Source: a virus. Taken from it: a stretch of DNA of 64,000 nt. Each line of letters starts with the position of its first letter. The first letter of the stretch is position 1. Where the stretch lies: IMG/VR virus record IMGVR_UViG_3300035557_000069; one strand, given 5' to 3'. The notes below the pieces were generated by a model. That model saw only the letters and a program-made list of their open reading frames with translations, ran no database searches and was not told where the DNA came from. Positions 55,224 through 62,324 of the stretch are shown piece after piece. A program made the position numbers and the translations under genes.

Positions 55224-55754
55224 TCACTTATTGAATTGGTGTTTATAAGCCCGTTCTAACCAGATTTTCCATTGCTCTAAACTATGTTCTTTCTTGGAGT
55301 AGTTACAAGCAGAACAACATGGTACAACGTTATCTAGTGTGTAACCCTTGTTATTATCTACCCTATCAATACCGTTATACAGCAACGTATCATAGACCAT
55401 TCTCATTTCTGTGTTCGGTACTGTACCACAATAGTAGCATGACTGTTGCGTAATGTCAACCACATTTTGTAGTGTAAGTTCGAATAATATACCTCTCTTC
55501 TTGGCACCGCTTACGTAACGTCTGTACAACTTTCGTTTGAGACCCATTTGGTCGGGGAATCGACGATTTGGTCTAGGTGGTGAACAATCTTTACACGCCA
55601 GGCGTATTGAGTTACGTAAATCCGTAATATGTGCGTATCTAACACCACCACACTCACACTGACATACCCACTTCTTACGTTCATTATCAAAGTATGTCAG
55701 TGTGAGTTTTCCATATTTCTCGCCGCTTGTTGCTGAGTTATTTGTTCTTGCCAT
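55224..55754 (-). CDS. HNH family endonuclease, a probable free-standing homing endonuclease, 176 aa.
   Basis: N-terminal Cys4 zinc finger (CQCECGG ... CKDC). HNH core CYYCG ... GIDRVDNNKGYTLDNVVPCCSACNYSK. It sits between the two NAD-salvage genes. Confidence 0.7.
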   Translation of the reverse strand: MARTNNSATSGEKYGKLTLTYFDNERKKWVCQCECGGVRYAHITDLRNSIRLACKDCSPPRPNRRFPDQMGLKRKLYRRYVSGAKKRGILFELTLQNVVDITQQSCYYCGTVPNTEMRMVYDTLLYNGIDRVDNNKGYTLDNVVPCCSACNYSKKEHSLEQWKIWLERAYKHQFNK

Positions 55755-55958
55755 TTTGTGTCCGTTTCCAAATAAGTATTTTTATGATTACACTTATTTA
55801 GTAACAGTCACTTTTCTAGGCCTCACTCCTTTTCGGTAATCAGGCTCAACTGCCCACAAGCGGCGCCGGCGGCAACTTCGGCTTCTGTAGCGATAGCAAC
55901 AGCGAAGTCAAAACCGGCTTCTTTAAGTTCCTGAGCGATTTTCTCCATGGTATTCTCC

Positions 55959-56762
55959 TTAGATAATGTTAGTTGTGGTAATGATGCCGGCGCCCAGCCC
56001 ATTCTGGTCGCTAATCTCATTACGATTGATTGGTGATAGCTTGATGAAGAAATACTTTGGGTCAAAATACCTCTTGAGTTTGTCAATGTCAAAGTCCGCT
56101 TCATCGACCAGTGTAAGATTCACAGTGGTCTTCAACTTGCTTTTGGTGCGAATCTGACCAAGTTCTTCAATGGTCATCAGATTGTTCACTGGAATAAGTT
56201 CACGCCTGCGGTCTTCATCTAGTGAATGAAGACTAATCTGGAGCGTGATGTTGTCCTTAATCCAAGAGAAGTCCGACCCCCTAACGCCGATAGTGCTGAT
56301 ATAGTGATGAAACAGAATATCATTTCTGTGTTGCTGGAACATATCAATAGCTTTCCTGACTTCATCAATATTCAGAAAAGGCTCACCCATGCGAGTATAG
56401 TTAATCTTGAGTTCCTTGGGATGTTCGAAGCCAAGAGAATCCAAGAATTCCTCGTTCTTCTCAAGCATAACAAACTTGACTTGGTCTGTAATCTCCTTAG
56501 CAGTAAGATTGCGCCAGCCCTTCATCTGCCCAGTGGCGCAGAACTTACATCCAACAGGACAACCGGACATAGTGGACACACCAATCATCCAGCGTTCTGC
56601 TCTGGAGCCGATATTACCATCCCGCAACGCATTGGTGCCGTTGACACACTCCTTGGTATAGTAAGGCAGAAATGTGTCCGTAGTCTCAATCAGTCGCCCG
56701 TCTTCCAGTTCAAGACAGTAGACGGATCCGTTTGTGAAATGTCGGCTTCGTAGTTCTTTCAT
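55959..56762 (-). CDS. Radical SAM enzyme with an RlmN/Cfr-type cluster motif, N-terminally minimal, 267 aa.
   Basis: CPVGCKFCATG matches the RlmN/Cfr CxxGCxFCxTG pattern. GEPFLN is present. The ~60-aa N-terminal RNA-binding domain of RlmN is absent. Confidence 0.55.
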   Translation of the reverse strand: MKELRSRHFTNGSVYCLELEDGRLIETTDTFLPYYTKECVNGTNALRDGNIGSRAERWMIGVSTMSGCPVGCKFCATGQMKGWRNLTAKEITDQVKFVMLEKNEEFLDSLGFEHPKELKINYTRMGEPFLNIDEVRKAIDMFQQHRNDILFHHYISTIGVRGSDFSWIKDNITLQISLHSLDEDRRRELIPVNNLMTIEELGQIRTKSKLKTTVNLTLVDEADFDIDKLKRYFDPKYFFIKLSPINRNEISDQNGLGAGIITTTNII

Positions 56763-56764
56763 CG

Positions 56765-57796
56765 TTAAATTCCTAGCAAGTCGGTAATGATATCGTAGTG
56801 ATCCTCAAAAAGACGGTCGGGCTCCAGTTCCGAGATGGGCAGCCAGAAAGCCTTCTCCGCATCATCGGCGCCTTTGACTCGCGGCAGGTCACCACAGTTC
56901 GGTAGTTCAATGAGGAATGCGTTAGTCACAGTACGTCCGCGAAGACTACGTTCAGGAGCATCATACACCTTCTGGCGCTTGATACAACCCCTCAGGACGG
57001 GCATGGGAACCTTAATCTTAGTCTCTTCACGAAGTTCCCGAAGCATACCATCAATAAGCGTTTCCTCTTGATTGAGAAAGCCACCCGGCAAGGCATACAG
57101 TCCTTTACCCGGTTCTGCCCGGCGCTTCACCAGCAGAATATGACCAGACTGAATGACAACAGCATCCGTGGTCAGAAATGTCACGGGATAAGGAGCAACA
57201 GCCCATGACTCTTTATATCCCTTGATGTAGAAATACTCCTGAACCAGTTGCTTGAACTCCGGTGTTTGAGTAAAGCCTTGGAGATACTGGAACACGGTCG
57301 GTGGTACAAACTTCTCAAAGTAATCAAACTTGAAGTATCTATCACGCAAGGCGGTGGCGTGAAGATGGCTCAGTTCTTCATCAAAGCCCGCGGGCGAGAT
57401 GAAATGCCACTGCGGGAACATATCGATGTACCAACTGGTGTAGTCTTCCTTGTTACCCGTGATAGCGATACTCCCAAAGTCCGGATCGCCGTTGTCGGAA
57501 AGGATGACTTGGTCCACCACGTTCTGTACATGCATGGCCCATTTCTGGTCATTGTAGGTGAAGTCGTTGAGATAACCATACAGAACGCGGCTATCGTTAT
57601 CAGTGACGCCTCGAATCATAGACACACGTTCACTAGCAGTGAACGGGTTCTTGATTGTACGAGGACGATTAGCCGTGCCGATTAAGACAATGACCTTCTC
57701 GGAGTACTTCAAGGCGTTTTCTAGAATAGCTTGATGGTTCTTGTGGAAGGGCTGAAATCGCCCGATGAATACGCAATACTTGTGTTTTTTAAGCAT
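56765..57796 (-). CDS. natV: Bifunctional NMN adenylyltransferase/Nudix hydrolase (NatV-like), 343 aa.
   Basis: N-terminal nucleotidyltransferase motif CVFIGRFQPFHKNHQ. C-terminal Nudix box GGFLNQEETLIDGMLRELREETKIK. Confidence 0.85.
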   Translation of the reverse strand: MLKKHKYCVFIGRFQPFHKNHQAILENALKYSEKVIVLIGTANRPRTIKNPFTASERVSMIRGVTDNDSRVLYGYLNDFTYNDQKWAMHVQNVVDQVILSDNGDPDFGSIAITGNKEDYTSWYIDMFPQWHFISPAGFDEELSHLHATALRDRYFKFDYFEKFVPPTVFQYLQGFTQTPEFKQLVQEYFYIKGYKESWAVAPYPVTFLTTDAVVIQSGHILLVKRRAEPGKGLYALPGGFLNQEETLIDGMLRELREETKIKVPMPVLRGCIKRQKVYDAPERSLRGRTVTNAFLIELPNCGDLPRVKGADDAEKAFWLPISELEPDRLFEDHYDIITDLLGI

Positions 57797-57821
57797 AATG
57801 GACTCCCCATTAAGATATGAT

Positions 57822-57845
57822 AGTGAGGCGTCTTTCGCCTCACAC
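57822..57845 (-). terminator. Terminator-like hairpin (GTGAGGCG ... CGCCTCAC) followed by a late-promoter-like CTAAATA (57826-57832), just upstream of natV.
   Basis: Read from the sequence. Confidence 0.4.
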
Positions 57846-57866
57846 TTCTATTTAGTTTAAAATGAA

Positions 57867-58157
57867 TTACTCGTCCAAGAACGGATCTATAACACCAGTC
57901 ATTCGGCGCAATTGATATGTACACTCATTCGTGGTTTCTTTGCCGAGAGACACGGATTTACCATAGCACCTCGTTGTTTCTTTGTCGTGGCCGATAACAC
58001 AAAATCCAGCACCGATGATATCATCTTTGGTCTTGCCAATATTTCGGGTCATTTGATCATGAGATATAAAATCTGGAAACACAACTAGGGTGTCCAGCCG
58101 ACCAACACCCGTATTCAAATCACGAACGAAAATGTATTTCAATTCACTCACAGTCAT
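57867..58157 (-). CDS. Hypothetical protein, 96 aa.
   Basis: ORF track. Confidence 0.35.
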   Translation of the reverse strand: MTVSELKYIFVRDLNTGVGRLDTLVVFPDFISHDQMTRNIGKTKDDIIGAGFCVIGHDKETTRCYGKSVSLGKETTNECTYQLRRMTGVIDPFLDE

Positions 58158-58493
58158 TTATCCTTTAGTGGCTTTGGCTTCCGCCTCTTCCATGAGTTGG
58201 CGCCAGTATTTCAGAATGCGCGGTTTCTTACCGGGTGCCGCGCTCTGCCAGAACGTAAGTTGTTTAGTTGAGAGGCGTCCCATCTTCTGATAGTAGACCG
58301 CCATCGAAGAACCGATTTCAGCGTGGGCTGGCATGAAACCTCGCCCGTTGTGTTCGACCGTGGCACCCATGACTTGCTCTGATGCCGTTTGACGATTGTG
58401 AAGATGAACCAATGCGCGCCCAACTGCAACCATACCTACCGCGTCTTTGCGCATCAGAACAGTCTCAATTTTGGTGCGAAGGTCTTTGTTCAT
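58158..58493 (-). CDS. Hypothetical protein, 111 aa.
   Basis: ORF track. Confidence 0.4.
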   Translation of the reverse strand: MNKDLRTKIETVLMRKDAVGMVAVGRALVHLHNRQTASEQVMGATVEHNGRGFMPAHAEIGSSMAVYYQKMGRLSTKQLTFWQSAAPGKKPRILKYWRQLMEEAEAKATKG

Positions 58494-58629
58494 TTCTTGG
58501 CAGCCTCAACGATTTTGTTAAACGTCTTGTTAGAAACGGTACGAACACCACAGACGCGGCAGGGAAAGGTTTCAAGAACCTTGGTACCACAACAGAGACA
58601 TTTGACTTTCTTGAGGTCAGCACTCATTA
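58490..58629 (-). CDS. Unlisted zinc-ribbon mini-protein of 45 aa (MSADLKKVKCLCCGTKVLETFPCRVCGVRTVSNKTFNKIVEAAKK). Its stop overlaps the next ATG.
   Basis: Read from the sequence. Confidence 0.3.
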
Positions 58630-58632
58630 GCG

Positions 58633-58753
58633 AGCCGCTTTCTCTTTAAGCAGGGCGATGTTGGAATTGACTTCTTTCGTCGCTTTTTGGGCGGGGACTT
58701 TGGTGACTTTACCACCACGCTTCAAGAACTCTTCAACGCTTTCGATTTTCATT
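58633..58753 (-). CDS. Unlisted mini-protein of 40 aa (MKIESVEEFLKRGGKVTKVPAQKATKEVNSNIALLKEKAAR). It is the first gene after a PeSL promoter.
   Basis: AAAGGAG sits 8 nt upstream. Read from the sequence. Confidence 0.3.
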
Positions 58754-58820
58754 TTGTGGTCTCCTTTGGGGTTAGCGTCAATCACAAATACACTATACAC
58801 CAGAAGGAGACCACTGTCAA
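58754..58820 (-). promoter_or_regulatory. Early promoter cassette of the PeSL-like family: -35 TTGACA (58815-58820), N17, -10 TATAGT (58792-58797).
   Basis: Minus strand reads TTGACAgtggtctccttctggtgTATAGTgtatttgtgattgacgctaaccccAAAGGAGaccacaaaATG. Confidence 0.6.
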
Positions 58821-58832
58821 CAACAAAATACC

Positions 58833-59117
58833 TTATTCCACTTTTTTCTTTCGTACTCGCTTGGGCTTGACTTCCGGTGGTTGGGGCTCCTCAGCGATTT
58901 TTTGCTCCGGTTTGGTAGCTGTCTCTAGGGCAGTCTTCAAATCGGCAACACAATTCTCATAGAATACCACATCCTCCCGCCAGTGCTTTTTCAACTCGGC
59001 ATTCTGAGAGGTCAGTTCGTTCTCAATATCTTGGAGTTTGAGAACGTTATTCCGATACACCAAGATCCCAATAACGAAACCAATAGCGATACCCACAAAA
59101 AACGCGATAAAACTCAT
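58833..59117 (-). CDS. Type-II membrane protein with an N-terminal TM helix and a coiled-coil ectodomain (spanin- or FtsB-like architecture), 94 aa.
   Basis: FIAFFVGIAIGFVIGILVY, then a heptad-like LKLQDIENELTSQNAELKK and a Lys-rich tail. Confidence 0.4.
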   Translation of the reverse strand: MSFIAFFVGIAIGFVIGILVYRNNVLKLQDIENELTSQNAELKKHWREDVVFYENCVADLKTALETATKPEQKIAEEPQPPEVKPKRVRKKKVE

Positions 59118-59130
59118 TCTTTCTTCTCCT

Positions 59131-59715
59131 TTACATGGACCCGGTAATATAGTTGTATATAGACTTCCAGTTTTTCACAACAGGGCACCCCGTGTGGTGC
59201 ATATTGTGTTGATGCTCGACCAAAATACCAGTCAGTCCAATGTCCATGCCAACTTGAACGTTCTGAATGTGGTCTTCAATCCAATAGCATTCTGAATCAC
59301 GATACTCTTCTAGGGCTTCGTCTTTATCAGCACCCGTATCAAGAATAATAAACTTATCGAAAGTCGTTTCACCAAACAGCTTCCGAAGGTTCTTGATTCT
59401 AAGTTCCCCCGCATATCGGTCGGTCGATAGCGAGGTGATAACATGGAAAATGTATCCGTGTTGTTCGTGAAGTTTTTTCACATAATGAACAGAGTCACGG
59501 AACGGCGGGAGGAAACCAATAGCGGCAGACTCGTTAAACATGCGGACGAGGTTGCGCTTCTCACCTTGAGGAATTCCATACTGATCCTCAATGCGATAGA
59601 ACAGCTTGTGGTTATCACAAACCTTATATCCCTGTTTAGCCATCCAAGTATGAAAAGCGAACTCCCAGTCCAGAAGTACACCATCACAGTCTGTCAAAAT
59701 CAATTTGTTGTTCAT
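59131..59715 (-). CDS. HAD-superfamily phosphatase, 5'(3')-deoxyribonucleotidase (NT5C)-like, 194 aa.
   Basis: Motif I LILTDCDGVLLDWE (DxDGV, NT5C-type). Confidence 0.55.
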   Translation of the reverse strand: MNNKLILTDCDGVLLDWEFAFHTWMAKQGYKVCDNHKLFYRIEDQYGIPQGEKRNLVRMFNESAAIGFLPPFRDSVHYVKKLHEQHGYIFHVITSLSTDRYAGELRIKNLRKLFGETTFDKFIILDTGADKDEALEEYRDSECYWIEDHIQNVQVGMDIGLTGILVEHQHNMHHTGCPVVKNWKSIYNYITGSM

Positions 59716-59955
59716 TCAATATAGCCTTTGCTTGGGTGTAGAAACTGCTTTTGGTTGGTAAACGGGACGATAGACTTCACTCATATTGTTATCACACCTC
59801 GGACAACCAACATCCTTGAACTCTAGACTATTCCACTCAACATCGGATATGGCATAGTTACAGATACCACATTGATAGTGGTCGACCTTATTATGTACCG
59901 AACAAGGTAGGGTTGTTTCATCGTAGCATCTACAACCATCTTTACTTGGAAACAT
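59716..59955 (-). CDS. Cys-rich small protein, 79 aa.
   Basis: CRC ... C ... CGIC ... CPRC. Confidence 0.35.
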   Translation of the reverse strand: MFPSKDGCRCYDETTLPCSVHNKVDHYQCGICNYAISDVEWNSLEFKDVGCPRCDNNMSEVYRPVYQPKAVSTPKQRLY

Positions 59956-60084
59956 TTTTTACCTTCTTTTTGTGATTCTTGATGTATTCAATGATGGCCT
60001 TGTTAACACACTTGGAACACAATCGATCCTCATCCGGATCGTATATCGTTGCTCCACAAACATCACACCCGCAAAATCCCATGA
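59944..60084 (-). CDS. Unlisted zinc-ribbon mini-protein of ~46 aa (MGFCGCDVCGATIYDPDEDRLCSKCVNKAI...).
   Basis: Read from the sequence. Confidence 0.25.
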
Positions 60085-60085
60085 C

Positions 60086-60376
60086 TCACCTCTTCATTCG
60101 TTCTAGTTGACCACATAAAACAACAATCGCGGCATCAATTGCATTATTCCAGATAACAGTTTCTTCCTTCTCATATTGAGAAACAAGTCGGGCATACGCT
60201 TGGCGGAGTTTCTCGTTTTCCTGCTCCAGAGGTGACTTCTGTTTCTCCTCTTCATCGCACCATTCACAAGGAAAGCTTTGTGTTTTAATGCCGTTAGCTA
60301 CGGTACAGTTTTCGTCGTTATACTTACATCCATGAATGATGCAACAATGCTCGGTATGAACGTCTTTTTCACTCAT
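60086..60376 (-). CDS. Cys-rich protein, 96 aa.
   Basis: HCCIIHGC ... C ... CEWC. Confidence 0.35.
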   Translation of the reverse strand: MSEKDVHTEHCCIIHGCKYNDENCTVANGIKTQSFPCEWCDEEEKQKSPLEQENEKLRQAYARLVSQYEKEETVIWNNAIDAAIVVLCGQLERMKR

Positions 60377-60583
60377 TTATTCAATCCTCGTGATAATGTT
60401 GAAGTCTGTATCAACAGATTGTCCAACGTCTAACGCTAGAACATAATCTTCCCAGAACCAACGACTGTCCATGGTCGACCCCTTCTTTGTGTACTCACTT
60501 GTCAACCAATGCGGAGCATTATATTCGGAGAAGATTTCTGGCTTCGTCTTAAAAAACTTATGTTGCATCGAAAATCGTTTCAT
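60377..60583 (-). CDS. Hypothetical protein, 68 aa.
   Basis: ORF track. Confidence 0.3.
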   Translation of the reverse strand: MKRFSMQHKFFKTKPEIFSEYNAPHWLTSEYTKKGSTMDSRWFWEDYVLALDVGQSVDTDFNIITRIE

Positions 60584-60862
60584 TCAATCCTCGTATTGCT
60601 CATAGAGCCGACCATCCTCTAATGGTGTTGTCCAGATGAACGTGCCCTTTATGGGCTGAACATAAGATGGAAATCTACCGTCAAGTTTAAACCCGGCAAT
60701 CAACAGGGCTTCTCTGTCAATGTTGTTCGGGTCAACTATTGCAGAGGCTATTAACTTTTTATCCGCGATAGTCATCACAAACGAGACTGCCGCGCACCAC
60801 CAGGTTGCCATGCTTCGTACAAAGTAGACAAGGCGGCACAGCATCACCACGAAGACCAACAA
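60584..60862 (-). CDS. Hypothetical protein. Its N-terminal 30 codons as tracked are doubtful.
   Basis: ORF track. An alternative Cys-rich frame overlaps its 5' part. Confidence 0.3.
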   Translation of the reverse strand: MLVFVVMLCRLVYFVRSMATWWCAAVSFVMTIADKKLIASAIVDPNNIDREALLIAGFKLDGRFPSYVQPIKGTFIWTTPLEDGRLYEQYED

Positions 60863-61372
60863 ACTTGGAGTAGAAGCAGGTCGTACAGCAGTCGGATTCC
60901 CTCAGATTGGGTGGATTAGGCGTACTCACACTTCCTCCTTCGGCTCGGCATTCTTATGCTTCACCTTGCGATTGTACTTGGTTGAGGTATGCGGACCACC
61001 TTTAGGCGGCACGGGAATGCGTATCAAAGCTTGAAATCTATTTTTCATCGTCTTTTAGCCTTGAAGTTGAGGGCAGCGTTATAACCTGCCACGAAAGAAA
61101 CCAGAGAGGGAACACCAGCACCAGAATAACACTTTTTGTAGGCAATCCATGCCTTGTAGACTTCGTGGCTGGAAGTTCTGTAATCTTTCTCGATCATATC
61201 TTCTCCACTCGGTAGGTACTCTTCACGCCGATTTTCTTGTAGTACTCGTTGAGTATTTCACAGTTAACAAAAGCCGCAATCTCACTGTCATATTGTACAA
61301 TGGTTTCAGTCTCGTTGTCAACTATAAAATGAGTTTCACCAGCCTTGGGCTTAACTTTGAGGGGATTATTCA

Positions 61373-61573
61373 TCAGAACAACTCCAGGTTCCAGTGTTCA
61401 GCGATATCATTTCGGTACTGGTTGAAATCAATCATCTCACCATTTCGCCTCAGTACCCATTTACCATTCATGGGATTGCCATTGGGAGTTTTACCATACT
61501 CTCGTTCAAGAGTCATATTGTGAGTGATATTCTCATATCTCTCAACACCATCCTTCAACCCCATGTTGAGCAT
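61373..61573 (-). CDS. Hypothetical protein, ~67 aa from an internal Met. The track's 99-aa version overlaps the next ORF.
   Basis: ORF track, with start adjusted. Confidence 0.3.
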   Translation of the reverse strand: MLNMGLKDGVERYENITHNMTLEREYGKTPNGNPMNGKWVLRRNGEMIDFNQYRNDIAEHWNLELF

Positions 61574-61580
61574 TCTAATT

Positions 61581-61796
61581 CTAATTTTGGCCATGCTTTT
61601 CACTCCAAGGTTTCGGGTCATAGCTACATGCCATACAGGGTCGAATACCATCCTCTTTAGCGTCTTGCTCACTCATAGTAGTAGAAACAAGAGGCTTACC
61701 GTTCACCGTACCGTTCAGACAGGAGCAGTCTGAATCTTTATGGTACTTTTTACTCATTCGACCAGTGTAAGGTGAAACAGACACAATGACTTTCAT
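61581..61796 (-). CDS. Cys-containing small protein, 71 aa.
   Basis: CSC ... CMAC. Confidence 0.35.
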   Translation of the reverse strand: MKVIVSVSPYTGRMSKKYHKDSDCSCLNGTVNGKPLVSTTMSEQDAKEDGIRPCMACSYDPKPWSEKHGQN

Positions 61797-61883
61797 AGTT
61801 ATTCCTTTAATATCTCATTTCTTCCTAACACAGTTACTATACTAGGTCCACAATAGGTTGTCAAGAGAAATCTTTAGAGTTCC

Positions 61884-61912
61884 AAAAGAAAAAGCCCGCT
61901 TTAGGCGGGCTT
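61884..61912 (-). terminator. Rho-independent terminator overlapping the stop of the 90-aa gene.
   Basis: Minus strand reads GCCCGCC-uaaa-GCGGGC followed by UUUUUCUUUU. Confidence 0.65.
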
Positions 61913-62173
61913 CGTTTCGTAGGCGCAGTCGGCACAGCACCACGCTCTTTTGTCTCCTGTGAAACCTTCTCCACAGGTACGGCAGCGGCACGTGTAGTCG
62001 CCTGGTGCCCAACCTCTTTCTAAGACAGGAGGACGGGTGTCACCATTAGTAAGGCACTGCTCCATGAATGTCTTGTGTTTTTTGTTTCCAAATATGCGTT
62101 CCCAGTTCTCTTCATATACATCATGGGGAACACTAAACGGTCTTGGTTTAGATCCCTTTCCATTCTGACTCAT
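61901..62173 (-). CDS. Cys-rich (likely Zn-binding) small protein, 90 aa.
   Basis: CRCRTCGEGF ... CCADC. Confidence 0.4.
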   Translation of the reverse strand: MSQNGKGSKPRPFSVPHDVYEENWERIFGNKKHKTFMEQCLTNGDTRPPVLERGWAPGDYTCRCRTCGEGFTGDKRAWCCADCAYETKPA

Positions 62174-62324
62174 ACATCAAACTCCTTAATACGTTTTAAT
62201 GCCTTTGAACCATCACATATGTCCTCAAGAGGATGCTTGGGAGTCTGTAGTTGTAGCCCAAGGAGATACGTATTCAACTCAAATATTACACCGTTCACCT
62301 CAAACGTGGGTTTATCTTCCCCAC

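Noticed and set aside
61149-61523. 124-aa plus-strand ORF.
   Set aside because: It lies antisense to a run of coupled minus-strand micro-ORFs and has hydrophobic low-complexity composition.
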